From positions 1 through 35,588 of the forward strand of contig CAYYFV010000001.1 in the NCBI GenBank assembly GCA_964471455.1: 35,588 bases of DNA, given 5' to 3'. This stretch comes from an uncultured Candidatus Peribacteria bacterium (GTDB taxonomy: Bacteria > Patescibacteriota > Gracilibacteria > UBA1369 > GCA-2718715). Positions 8,953-17,828 of this stretch are shown here, piece after piece (position 1 is the first letter of the stretch; every line of letters begins with the position of its first letter). Both the position numbers and the translations under genes were made by a program. The notes under the pieces are model-generated. The model had not been told where the DNA came from and did no database searches. It worked only from the letters and a program-made list of their open reading frames with translations.

Positions 8953-9972
8953 ATGAAAAATGCCGATGCAAATAAATTGAAATCAATGGAAATGGCCATT
9001 GCTCAAATTGAAAAGAGTTTTGGTAAAGGATCTATCATGAAGCTTGGAGCTGAAAACAAAACTCAAATTGAAACAATCTCAACTGGAGCAATGTCTTTGG
9101 ACCTGGCCCTGGGCGGTGGCATCCCAAAGGGTAGAATTTGTGAGATATATGGCCCAGAGAGCTCTGGGAAAACGACTTTGACTTTGCATGTTATTGCAGA
9201 GGCACAGAAAAAGGGTGGTATTACTGCCTTTATCGATGCCGAGCACGCCCTAGACCCGGAATATGCTAAAAAGCTAGGGGTTGATATCGATAACTTACTT
9301 GTATCGCAACCAGACAGTGGTGAGCAAGCTTTGGAGATTGTCGAGACACTGGTCCGATCTAACGCGGTGGACTTAATTGTGGTCGACTCGGTTGCCGCCC
9401 TGACGCCGAGAGCAGAAATCGAAGGTGATATGGGAGATTCGCACATGGGCCTGCAAGCGCGTTTGATGAGTCAGGCACTACGTAAATTAACTGCCGTTGC
9501 GTCTCGATCAAATGTATCCATTATTTTTATCAACCAAATTCGAATGAAAATTGGGGTTATGTTTGGCAATCCCGAAACAACTACCGGTGGCAATGCTCTG
9601 AAATTCTACTCTTCTGTGAGAATGGAAATTAGAAGCGCTGGTAAAATAGAGGGCAACAGCACGGATGGTAAAGAACTTATTGGCAATAAAGTCAAAGTCA
9701 AGGTCGTCAAAAACAAGATTGCTCCGCCTTTTAGAATTGCAGAATTTGATATTATGTATAACAGGGGTATTAGTATAGAGGGTGATATTTTGAATTTATG
9801 TGAAAAATACGATGTAATTCGTAAAAATGGATCTTTTTACAACTATAAAGAACAAAATATCGGACAGGGGCGTGAAAATGCCAAGAAATACATGATCACA
9901 AATCCAAAGGTGACAGCCCAAATGAAAAAAGAAATTATGGCAGCTATCAAAACTAAAGAATCCGAAAGTTAA
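8953..9972 (+). CDS. recA: Recombinase RecA
   Basis: 339 aa, colinear with RecA. Walker [59 protein letters not shown] and [26 protein letters not shown] are all present. Confidence 0.97.
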   Translation: MKNADANKLKSMEMAIAQIEKSFGKGSIMKLGAENKTQIETISTGAMSLDLALGGGIPKGRICEIYGPESSGKTTLTLHVIAEAQKKGGITAFIDAEHALDPEYAKKLGVDIDNLLVSQPDSGEQALEIVETLVRSNAVDLIVVDSVAALTPRAEIEGDMGDSHMGLQARLMSQALRKLTAVASRSNVSIIFINQIRMKIGVMFGNPETTTGGNALKFYSSVRMEIRSAGKIEGNSTDGKELIGNKVKVKVVKNKIAPPFRIAEFDIMYNRGISIEGDILNLCEKYDVIRKNGSFYNYKEQNIGQGRENAKKYMITNPKVTAQMKKEIMAAIKTKESES

Positions 9973-10406
9973 TGCACTGGACTGACATGCACAAGCAGTT
10001 ATACTCGGCTGCTTGTGGCTTTTTGGCAGGTCGAGAACATGGCAGGTCTGAGCTCAGTAAGAAGTTAGTTAAAAAATTTGAAAATGCTAGTTCCACAGAA
10101 ATCGATGAGGTGATGGAGTTTTTGATTCGAAAAAACTTTCAGAGTGACGAGCGCTATGCCTACCTACTAGTTAAGTCCAAATTTGCTAAATTTTATGGAC
10201 CTGCATATATCAAACAGTTTGCCTACAGCAAGGGCCTGAGCTCGGGCTATGTCGAACAGGTTCTGCAGGAGTTTGATTTTGACGACAAATGCTATCAATT
10301 TGCTCAAAAACATAGAGATTTGGACAGGGGTAAATTACAGAGAAAGATCTTACAGAAGGGCTTTAGCTTTTCTCAGACCATGCGATCAATTAAAAACCTT
10401 GATTAG
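9972..10406 (+). CDS. recX: Recombination regulator RecX
   Basis: 144 aa, directly after recA with a TAATG stop/start overlap. The helical-repeat sequence (GRSELSKKLVKKF..., DERYAYLLVKSKF..YGPAYIKQFAYSKGL) and the size both fit RecX. Confidence 0.8.
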   Translation: MHWTDMHKQLYSAACGFLAGREHGRSELSKKLVKKFENASSTEIDEVMEFLIRKNFQSDERYAYLLVKSKFAKFYGPAYIKQFAYSKGLSSGYVEQVLQEFDFDDKCYQFAQKHRDLDRGKLQRKILQKGFSFSQTMRSIKNLD

Positions 10407-10497
10407 TGGGGAGAAACTGTGTTATATTACTAGTGATGACGAGCGCCTGTAAAGAGCTGGTCATTTTATTTTGTTGCTTATTTTAATCTATTTACCC

Positions 10498-11790
10498 ATG
10501 CAATCACAATTTAATGCGGCAATCAATCAGTTGGTTTCGGAAAAAAACCTTCCTAGAGAGATTGTTGAAGATATTATCAAGTCGGCCTTCAAAGCCGCAT
10601 ACAAAAAGGACTTTGGCCATAGAGATCAAAATATCGATGTGGACCTGTCTGACTCTGGAGAAATGGCAACAGTTTATCAAATTTTGACAGTGGTAAAAGA
10701 AGTTGAAGACGAAAATCTAGAAATAACCAAAGACGAAGCCCTTAAATATGTCAAAAAACCAAAGCTTGGTGATGAGATAAAAATCGATGTGACTCCGATG
10801 GAATATGGTAGAATTGCTGCGCAATCTGCTAAACAAGTTATCATTCAAAAGCTCCAAGAAGCAGAAAGAGATATTATGTATGCCAATTTTAAGGATCGTG
10901 AAAATGAGCTAGTTCATGCTCAAGTTCATAGGGTCCAGAACGATCATATTTTTATTGATTTAGGTAAGATCATTATTGAGTTGCCAAAAGAGGCCAAAAT
11001 CAGAGGTGAAAAATACTACGCAGGTCAAAGACTAAAACTCTACCTTGATAAGGTAGTCAAAACTTCTAAGGGTCCCAAATTAATGATTTCACGAACCCAT
11101 CCAAATCTTGTACGTAAACTGCTTGAAATTGAAATACCAGAAATCCTAGAAGGCACTGTCGAAGTACATAAAATTGCACGTGATCCTGGAGTTAGATGTA
11201 AAATCACTGTTAGCTCTAGCGATCCCAAAATTGATCCAATTGGTTCGTGTGTTGGACAGAAAGGTGTGCGGATTCAAAGTGTCATGGACGAGCTGGGTGG
11301 TGAACGAATCGACGTGCTGATCCATACCGAGGATAATGAGGAACTGCTTCGAGCAGCTCTATCCCCTGCCAAGATCGATGTTATTAAATTCATTAGTGAT
11401 GATCGTGTCGAAGCTTATGTCCAAGAAGATCAAAGACCCTTGGCGATTGGCAGAAGAGGACAAAATGTGAGACTGGCCTCCAAACTCTTAAATATGGAGC
11501 TAGACATTAAGAATTTTGATGATTTGGATGCTGCTGAAAAACAAGCATACCTAGATACTCAGGCCATAATAGAAGATGAAAATGCAGAACAAGATGCTTC
11601 AGCTGGGAATAAACAAGACTCCAAATCTGATGTGCATGAAATAGCCATCGATGACGTCTACAAAGAGGCACTCATGGATGCAAACTTGACTCAATCCGTT
11701 CAATTGAAGGGCTTGAGTGTTTCAGACTTGCAAACTATTGAAGGTATTGATGCAGCAGGTGCGGAACAAATTTTCAACGCTATTAACTAA
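10498..11790 (+). CDS. nusA: Transcription termination/antitermination factor NusA
   Basis: N-terminal region LPREIVEDIIKSAFKAAYKKDFG, an S1-like region, KH motif DPIGSCVGQKGVRIQSVMDELGGERIDV, and an acidic C-terminal tail with a helix-hairpin-helix-like end. I prefer the ATG at 10498 (MQSQFNAAINQ) over the TTG at 10471. Confidence 0.9.
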   Translation: MQSQFNAAINQLVSEKNLPREIVEDIIKSAFKAAYKKDFGHRDQNIDVDLSDSGEMATVYQILTVVKEVEDENLEITKDEALKYVKKPKLGDEIKIDVTPMEYGRIAAQSAKQVIIQKLQEAERDIMYANFKDRENELVHAQVHRVQNDHIFIDLGKIIIELPKEAKIRGEKYYAGQRLKLYLDKVVKTSKGPKLMISRTHPNLVRKLLEIEIPEILEGTVEVHKIARDPGVRCKITVSSSDPKIDPIGSCVGQKGVRIQSVMDELGGERIDVLIHTEDNEELLRAALSPAKIDVIKFISDDRVEAYVQEDQRPLAIGRRGQNVRLASKLLNMELDIKNFDDLDAAEKQAYLDTQAIIEDENAEQDASAGNKQDSKSDVHEIAIDDVYKEALMDANLTQSVQLKGLSVSDLQTIEGIDAAGAEQIFNAIN

Positions 11791-11816
11791 GTGCTCTGAA
11801 ATAGTTCAAATTATGG

Positions 11817-11843
11817 GTCCCGGGATAACACTCGGGACTTTTT
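11817..11843 (+). terminator. Rho-independent terminator after nusA
   Basis: GTCCCG (11817-11822) pairs with CGGGAC (11833-11838) across a 10-nt loop and is followed by TTTTT (11839-11843). Confidence 0.7.
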
Positions 11844-11871
11844 AAAATATCGTGACTTTGTGCTATATTTT

Positions 11872-11880
11872 TGATATAAT
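11872..11880 (+). promoter_or_regulatory. Extended -10 element TGATATAAT upstream of the pilB-like gene
   Basis: Matches TGnTATAAT exactly, 22 nt before the ATG at 11902. The -35 region is weak (GTGACT). Confidence 0.4.
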
Positions 11881-11901
11881 AAAATGATATAAAAATTGTT
11901 T

Positions 11902-12297
11902 ATGATTGATCAATCAAACTTACAAAATGCTCAGAGAGGATCTAGTGGTGGTGCTAGCGGTAAAAAACCAATGAATTTGCAGGATGTAAGTCAAAATCTA
12001 AACAAGGAGTTCAAAGAACGTAAGATCCAACAAGCTGCCGCTAATAGTGGTGGTAAATATGGATATATCGATATTGCCACTACACCTATAAATCCAGATC
12101 TGTATAGCATGTTGGATGCCGATATGTTATTGGCAGCTAAATTTATTCCATTTTTTCGACTTGGATCGCAACTGAGAGTGGCAGAAGTGGATCCCGAAAA
12201 CTCTGAATTAAAAAACTTTTGGCTGACAAAGGCTACTCCCTACAGGAGAATCTATGTTCAAATGAAAGTTTTGAGACTGCGATCAAGCCCTTCCTAA
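11902..12297 (+). CDS. N-terminal (GspE_N-like) fragment of the type IV pilus / T2SS assembly ATPase; the frame is lost at about 12216
   Basis: YIDIATTPINPDLYSMLDADMLLAAKFIPFFRLGSQLRVAEVDPENSELKNF fits the PilB/GspE N-terminal domain pattern. The last ~26 codons (WLTKATPYRRIYVQMKV...) look like out-of-frame junk. Confidence 0.75.
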   Translation: MIDQSNLQNAQRGSSGGASGKKPMNLQDVSQNLNKEFKERKIQQAAANSGGKYGYIDIATTPINPDLYSMLDADMLLAAKFIPFFRLGSQLRVAEVDPENSELKNFWLTKATPYRRIYVQMKVLRLRSSPS

Positions 12298-13592
12298 AAT
12301 TTAAACGAGAGCATCAGGAGAAGATTAATGTTCTTGAAAATCAGGATATCGAGGAATATCAAAAAGAAATTGAAAACCTATCGAAATTGGCAGCTAAAAT
12401 GCAGGTTTCATCTACCAAAGAAGGACTTTTGACTCTTTTAGTCGGTTCAGTTAGAACAAAAGCTTCGGATATACATCTGCAGCCGGAAGAAGATTCAGTC
12501 AAACTGCGGTTTAGGATTGACGGGATTTTGCAAACCGTAACTCGCCTGGATCACAAGATATATGACCAGCTTCTCAAGCAAGTCAAATATGACTCAAGTA
12601 TGAAGCTAAATGTCACAAACGTCCCCCAGGATGGTCGATTTGAATTTGAGACTCAGGGGCGCCAAATTGATGTGCGGGTTTCTGTCCTACCCACTGATAA
12701 CGGCGAAACGGTTGTTATGCGTTTATTAGATTCGGGAAAAGAATTTTTAAGTTTGAAACAGCTAGGATTCAATCAAGACCACCTGGCGATCCTAGATAAG
12801 GTTTGTAAGCTGTCACAGGGGATGATTTTGGTAACTGGACCTACTGGATCTGGTAAAACCACTACTTTGTACTCTATGTTGACTCAATACAACAAACCGG
12901 AGAAAAAAATTATCACCTTGGAAGACCCGGTGGAATATCACCTGGATAACATAGTCCAAAGTCAAATTCACGCTGATAAAGGCTACACTTTTGCCTCGGG
13001 GCTCGAATCTATTTTGAGGCAAGATCCGGACGTGGTGATGATTGGGGAAATTCGCGAACACGACACTGCAAATACAGCTTTGCAGGCTTCTTTGACGGGA
13101 CATGTTGTGCTATCGACTATTCATACAAACAGCGCTTTGGAGAGTGTGAGTCGACTGATGAACATAGGTTTGGAGCCATACCTGATTGCCCCAAGTCTGG
13201 ATACCGTGATCGCCCAAAGATTAGCAAGAACTTTCTGTAAAAACTGTGTTAAGCATGAACCCGTATCTCAATCCGATAGAGAATTACTCGAAAAATATGC
13301 AGCGGAAGTCTCTGCTGTGACAAAAAAAGAATATCACACACCCGATACTCTGCCAAAGGCTCAGGGTTGCAATTTGTGTAATCAGACTGGATACCTGGGA
13401 CGTGTGGTCTTGGCCGAAGTGATCCGTTTGGATACTGATTTAAAACAAATGATTTTGGATAAGGAATCAACTTACCATTTACAAGATGCCGCATTTAAGA
13501 AAGGGATGATCTCTATGTTTATGGATGGAGTTGTGAAGGTTTTGAGTGGTGTCACATCTTTGGAAGAGATCTTAAGAGTCTGTTCTCGATAG
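12219..13592 (+). CDS. Type IV pilus / type II secretion assembly ATPase core (PilB/GspE family), continuing the preceding ORF in another frame
   Basis: Walker A VTGPTGSGKTTTLYS, EDPVEY, ILRQDPDVVMIGEIR, His box LTGHVVLSTIHTNSA, and a tetracysteine motif CKNC...CNLC. This frame is open from 12207, and the track start is a TTG. The N-terminal LADKGYSLQENLCSNESFETAI continues the N-domain alignment. Confidence 0.9.
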   Translation: MADKGYSLQENLCSNESFETAIKPFLKFKREHQEKINVLENQDIEEYQKEIENLSKLAAKMQVSSTKEGLLTLLVGSVRTKASDIHLQPEEDSVKLRFRIDGILQTVTRLDHKIYDQLLKQVKYDSSMKLNVTNVPQDGRFEFETQGRQIDVRVSVLPTDNGETVVMRLLDSGKEFLSLKQLGFNQDHLAILDKVCKLSQGMILVTGPTGSGKTTTLYSMLTQYNKPEKKIITLEDPVEYHLDNIVQSQIHADKGYTFASGLESILRQDPDVVMIGEIREHDTANTALQASLTGHVVLSTIHTNSALESVSRLMNIGLEPYLIAPSLDTVIAQRLARTFCKNCVKHEPVSQSDRELLEKYAAEVSAVTKKEYHTPDTLPKAQGCNLCNQTGYLGRVVLAEVIRLDTDLKQMILDKESTYHLQDAAFKKGMISMFMDGVVKVLSGVTSLEEILRVCSR

Positions 13593-13608
13593 ATCTTAGC
13601 TTGAAATA

Positions 13609-14391
13609 CTATGGTAAATAGTTGAGCTTGCCCTCAAAGATCTTTTTGAAGAGTGCCTCTAGAATATCTGTGGCTTGCATGTTTTTATAGCCTCTGATGA
13701 GATGTTGGTGTTTTTTGAGGTGTGGCTTGAGAAGTTGATTGTACTGCTGATTAATCTGTGAATGATTAATTAAATCGTCGGGTCTAGTCAAAAGTTTGGC
13801 ACCCTTCTGAAGTAAGATGAGATTGCCATCAAATGCCAGATCTGAGTTGCGCACTGGAGGTACAAAGACCTGTTTGTTTTGAGCAAGTGCATACTCTGCT
13901 GTTTTGAGTGAGCCACTGTGACACTGGGCCTGTGGGACTATCAAGAAATCACAGAGATTGACCAGCAATTTGTTACGATCCAGGAATTGATGTTTTTTGA
14001 CTGTAGTATGTGGTGATAAGCTACTTAGTAAACAGCCGTGTGACTGAATCTCTTGGAATAAATCTAAATTTTGCTTGGGACTAAGCTTGTCCAAGGGGCA
14101 GGCTACAAAAGCTGTTGTATTCAACTTGAACTGGAGTGCTAAGGAGTGGGCAAAAGTATCAACCCCAAGGGCTCCCCCTGATATAATGTTACATTTAAAC
14201 AAGGATAAGAACTGTACAATCCCGGGGAGTATATCAAAGGTATATCCACTAATGGCCCTGGATCCGATGATCCCAACCTGAATATGATCAGAGTCCAAAG
14301 CCCTGATGGAGCCTTGTCTATATAAACAGCCTGCAGCCTTATCTGCAAAGACTTTTCTATAGATAGGATGAGAAGATTCTATTAATTTCAT
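13609..14391 (-). CDS. dprA: DNA-processing protein DprA, short form
   Basis: 260 aa with a Rossmann-like DprA core: VGIIGSRAISGYTFDIL...ISGGALGVDTFAHSLAL...FVACPLDKLSPKQNLDLFQEI...GCLLSSL. Confidence 0.8.
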   Translation of the reverse strand: MKLIESSHPIYRKVFADKAAGCLYRQGSIRALDSDHIQVGIIGSRAISGYTFDILPGIVQFLSLFKCNIISGGALGVDTFAHSLALQFKLNTTAFVACPLDKLSPKQNLDLFQEIQSHGCLLSSLSPHTTVKKHQFLDRNKLLVNLCDFLIVPQAQCHSGSLKTAEYALAQNKQVFVPPVRNSDLAFDGNLILLQKGAKLLTRPDDLINHSQINQQYNQLLKPHLKKHQHLIRGYKNMQATDILEALFKKIFEGKLNYLP

Positions 14392-14448
14392 GTAGCTAAG
14401 TTATGTACTTAGTTACATTACAAGAGAATGCTTAAATAATTCTAAAAT

Positions 14449-15129
14449 TTAGTGGTGAATATAACCAGAGTTGGGTAAGTCCTTTTGAATCTGGCCGTTT
14501 TTGAGAAGAATCACGCGGCGGTTGACTTGATTAACCAAGTTTTGATCGTGTGTGACCAGGACCACAGTCATGCCCTCGTTATTGATATCTTGGAGAAGTT
14601 CTAAGATTTCATTGGAGCTTTTGGGATCTAGATTTCCAGTGGGCTCGTCGGCTATAACTAAATACGGATTGTTGACGATGGCTCGAGCTATAGCACAGCG
14701 CTGTCTCTCCCCTCCTGAGAGCTGATGGATACGGTGATGGGACTTGGATGTGAGATTGACCCGGTCGAGGGCCTTGTGGACCAAATTTGCCTGCTTGACC
14801 CGGCTGTAACCATATATTTGGGCTGCGAAGTTGACGTTATCAAATACAGTTTGGCCTGGTAGTAAATGAAAATGTTGCCAGATCATCCCGATTCTACGGC
14901 GATAAATTTGCAAAGCCTCTGGCTTGAGATATTGAATGTTGACGTTGTTGACAAAGACATCGCCTTGGGAAGGTTTGCAAGCGCCAATTAGTAAATTCAA
15001 AACCGTTGACTTACCGGCTCCAGACGGGCCGACTATCGAAAGAAAATCTTGCGGATTTATTTCGAGATCGATGTTGTTAAGAATTTTATTTTTATCAATA
15101 TGATAATTGACTGATTCTAATTTGATCAC
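14449..15129 (-). CDS. ftsE: Cell-division ABC ATPase, FtsE-like
   Basis: 226 aa with a GTG start. Walker A GPSGAGKST, Q-loop IWQHFHLL, signature LSGGERQR, Walker B LVIADEPTGNLD and H-loop VTHD are present. Size and sequence are FtsE-like, but no FtsX gene is adjacent. Confidence 0.7.
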   Translation of the reverse strand: MIKLESVNYHIDKNKILNNIDLEINPQDFLSIVGPSGAGKSTVLNLLIGACKPSQGDVFVNNVNIQYLKPEALQIYRRRIGMIWQHFHLLPGQTVFDNVNFAAQIYGYSRVKQANLVHKALDRVNLTSKSHHRIHQLSGGERQRCAIARAIVNNPYLVIADEPTGNLDPKSSNEILELLQDINNEGMTVVLVTHDQNLVNQVNRRVILLKNGQIQKDLPNSGYIHH

Positions 15130-15197
15130 TTGGACTTGTTTATAAGTAAACTTATATTATCATAAATTTAATAATAATTAATAATTGAAAGTTGAAA

Positions 15198-16409
15198 ATG
15201 TCGAAATTACTTACTGCAAAAGTCCTACAAAACTATGCTGATTTGATGGTGAACTTTGCTGCAAACGAAAGACAGGGCGTGCAACCCGGAGATGTGGTCT
15301 ATGTCAATGTCATGGAGTCCGGGATGTGTATGCTTAAATATTTTCAAAAGGCTATATTGAAGGCTGGGGCATACCCGATTTTGGATGTGCAAGTTGAGGG
15401 TTTGGGTAAGGATTTTTACGAACTAGCCAACGACGATCAATTGACTTTTGTGGCCGATAAAATGATTGATGCGAGAATGAATACGATTGATCACTTGATT
15501 AACATGATTGGCCCCAAGGATCCGCTGGCCATGGAGGGAGTCTCGGGCGAAAAGATCAAACAGCGGACTCGGGCTCTGAGTGATTTGAATAAGAAAATGA
15601 CTCAGAAGTTTGACACTGGAGAAGTAACTTGGACCCTAGCCCTGTTTGGTACCGAGGGTATGGCGAAGCAAGCTGGGATGAGCTTAGATGAGTACTGGGA
15701 ACAGATTATTCACGCCTGCTACTTAGATTCTGATGATCCAGTTGCAGAATTTACTGATAAATTCAATAAAATTGACAAGGTGGCTACATGGCTCAATGGA
15801 CTTAATATTCAAAAGCTGCACATGCATGGTGCGGACTGCGATATCCATATCAAAATTGGTAGCAACCGGAAATGGGTTGGTGGATCGGGACATAATATTC
15901 CCTCCTTTGAAATTTTCACTTCGCCGGATTACCGTGAGGTAGATGGGTGGATTCAATTTAATCAGCCCCTGTTACGATCTGGCAAGCGAATTGAAGGTAT
16001 TTATTTGAAATTTAAAAATGGTCAAGTGGTGGACTTCAAGGCCTCAAAGAATCAAGAGGCCCTCAAGGATATGCTTGATAATAAGGGTGCCAAAAGACTT
16101 GGAGAATTTAGTATGACAGATGCGAGGTTTTCTCGGATTAGCAAATTTATGGCTAACACCCTTTACGATGAAAATGTGGGTGGAGAATTTGGGAATTCAC
16201 ATGTGGCAATTGGTAACGCTTATCGAAGTTGCTATAAGGGAGACTTCAAAGATGTACCAACAGATAAGTGGGATGAGATGGGTTACAACGAAAGCCATAT
16301 CCATACTGACATAGTTAGCACAACAGATCGGACTGTGACTGCTACTTTGGAGGATGGGTCGGAGCTTGTAATCTACAAAAATGGTATGTTTACTTTGGAT
16401 CTAGAATAA
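15198..16409 (+). CDS. Aminopeptidase, M29 family (AmpS/PepS/aminopeptidase T-like)
   Basis: N-terminus LQNYADLMVNFAANERQGVQPGDVVYV, and a C-terminal region ...FSMTDARFSRISKFMANTLYDENVGGEFGNSHVAIGNAY...HIHTDIV typical of M29. I prefer the ATG at 15198 over the TTG at 15192. Confidence 0.75.
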   Translation: MSKLLTAKVLQNYADLMVNFAANERQGVQPGDVVYVNVMESGMCMLKYFQKAILKAGAYPILDVQVEGLGKDFYELANDDQLTFVADKMIDARMNTIDHLINMIGPKDPLAMEGVSGEKIKQRTRALSDLNKKMTQKFDTGEVTWTLALFGTEGMAKQAGMSLDEYWEQIIHACYLDSDDPVAEFTDKFNKIDKVATWLNGLNIQKLHMHGADCDIHIKIGSNRKWVGGSGHNIPSFEIFTSPDYREVDGWIQFNQPLLRSGKRIEGIYLKFKNGQVVDFKASKNQEALKDMLDNKGAKRLGEFSMTDARFSRISKFMANTLYDENVGGEFGNSHVAIGNAYRSCYKGDFKDVPTDKWDEMGYNESHIHTDIVSTTDRTVTATLEDGSELVIYKNGMFTLDLE

Positions 16410-17790
16410 ACTCGGAGACTATTTCTAGATGCTTGGTATGTGGGAATTGATCGACCGGGTTGATTTGCTTGAGAGTATATCCGAGAGGCTTGAGATATGC
16501 TGCATCTTGGGCGAAGGTCTTGAGATTGCATGAAACATAGACCAAAACTGCTGGTTTTTTGGATGCAATTAGCTCAATAGTTTTTTCGCCAAGCCCTTTG
16601 CGGGGAGGATCTACAATAATCAAATCTGGAGCTGGCCAGCTATATTGATTGAGGTTTTTGTAAATATCATCTGCTACATAAGTTGTGTTGTCCAACTGGT
16701 TGAGTTTGGAATTTTGAATGGCTAGCTCGACGGAGCTTTCGACTATGTCGATACCATAGACTTGAGTTTGGGCGTTGGCGGCGATGATCCCGAGAGTACC
16801 AGTGCCACAAAAAAGATCGTATACGACCCGAGCTGAGTGAGATGATGTGATGTTTTGGACAAGCTCAAAAATCTTGGAAGCCTGCTTGGGATTGGGCTGA
16901 AAGAAGGAATCTGGAAAAATTTGGAAAAAATAATTCTTAGCATTTATTTTGAGTGTTTCTGTTATATACTCAGGACCAGACACGTGTACGAGTTCTTTGG
17001 TAGTGCGGCGACCTTTGAGGACAGTTGTAACTTGGTAGTACGCGCTTATTGGCTGCTTGTAATGAACTTGAATATGCCTAATGAACTCTTCTAGATCTGC
17101 CTGAATAATATTGAGAGTGGCAAAATTGGAGACCTCTAGAATGACCATCAGTTGCTTGTGATCTTGAGTCTGCTTAAAACTAAGTGTTCGCAAGTCCCCC
17201 TGATTGCAACTGAATTGATATGGCTTGTGGTACTGAAAGAAGATTTGCTTAGCAACTGAAAGTAGCTCCGAAGAATTCTCAGAAAACAAATGACAGCTGG
17301 TGGCATCGACAATGTCGAAGCGGCGGTTTTTGATATGGAAGCCAATCACTGGGTCGAAATCTTTGGTATATCCAAAGCTGTATTCGACTTTATTACGATA
17401 ATACCAAGGATCTGACATCCCGACTATTGGCATAATTTCCGCTCCATCCGTGAGGTCGAGATTGCCTAGGATGCGGTGTACCTCGTTGGTTTTGAGTTCT
17501 AGCTGTTTGTCGTAATTGAGGGCCTCTAGAGCTGTGGCATTGGAAATACCGAAGTAGTTGTTACGGGTTGGGACCCTCCAATCTGAAGGTTTTTTGAGCT
17601 CGACTAAAGACGCTTCGAGGAAATTCTTTTTAATTTTGGTCAATTCAACTTCAGCGACGTCGCCTGGATATAAATCTGGACAGACGAGGTTGTATTCGTG
17701 GTCTTCAATAGTGACTTTGGCGTGGGCCTGGCCAAAGGTTGTCAAGCTTGTAAATTCGAGCTCTAGACGGGTGCCTTTTTTGAGTTGCAT
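16390..17790 (-). CDS. RNA (uracil-5-)-methyltransferase of the RumA/RlmD/TrmA family with an N-terminal TRAM domain
   Basis: TRAM-like N-terminus, SAM-binding site DLFCGTGTLG, DPPRKG, and the catalytic nucleophile motif VYVSCN. The 3-prime end overlaps the convergent aminopeptidase gene by 20 nt. Confidence 0.85.
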   Translation of the reverse strand: MQLKKGTRLELEFTSLTTFGQAHAKVTIEDHEYNLVCPDLYPGDVAEVELTKIKKNFLEASLVELKKPSDWRVPTRNNYFGISNATALEALNYDKQLELKTNEVHRILGNLDLTDGAEIMPIVGMSDPWYYRNKVEYSFGYTKDFDPVIGFHIKNRRFDIVDATSCHLFSENSSELLSVAKQIFFQYHKPYQFSCNQGDLRTLSFKQTQDHKQLMVILEVSNFATLNIIQADLEEFIRHIQVHYKQPISAYYQVTTVLKGRRTTKELVHVSGPEYITETLKINAKNYFFQIFPDSFFQPNPKQASKIFELVQNITSSHSARVVYDLFCGTGTLGIIAANAQTQVYGIDIVESSVELAIQNSKLNQLDNTTYVADDIYKNLNQYSWPAPDLIIVDPPRKGLGEKTIELIASKKPAVLVYVSCNLKTFAQDAAYLKPLGYTLKQINPVDQFPHTKHLEIVSEFILDPK

Positions 17791-17828
17791 ATTTGAAAAG
17801 TAAATTTAACTAAGCCTAGTCAAAAAGC

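Noticed and set aside
9063-9446. A 127-aa ORF antisense to recA, and similar nested or antisense ORFs in the track (for example 4404-4721, 18552-18911, 21320-21616, 23085-23393).
   Set aside because: They lie entirely inside well-supported conserved genes on the opposite strand or in another frame, and their composition is low-complexity and Ser/Pro/Arg-rich. These are typical shadow ORFs.
15141-15156. A perfect 16-bp palindrome, TATAAGT-AA-ACTTATA, in the divergent ftsE/aminopeptidase intergenic region, considered as an operator.
   Set aside because: It is entirely A/T-rich in an A/T-rich spacer. By rough estimate, 7-bp inverted repeats with short spacers are expected by chance about once in the intergenic DNA of a window this size. 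No second copy was seen.
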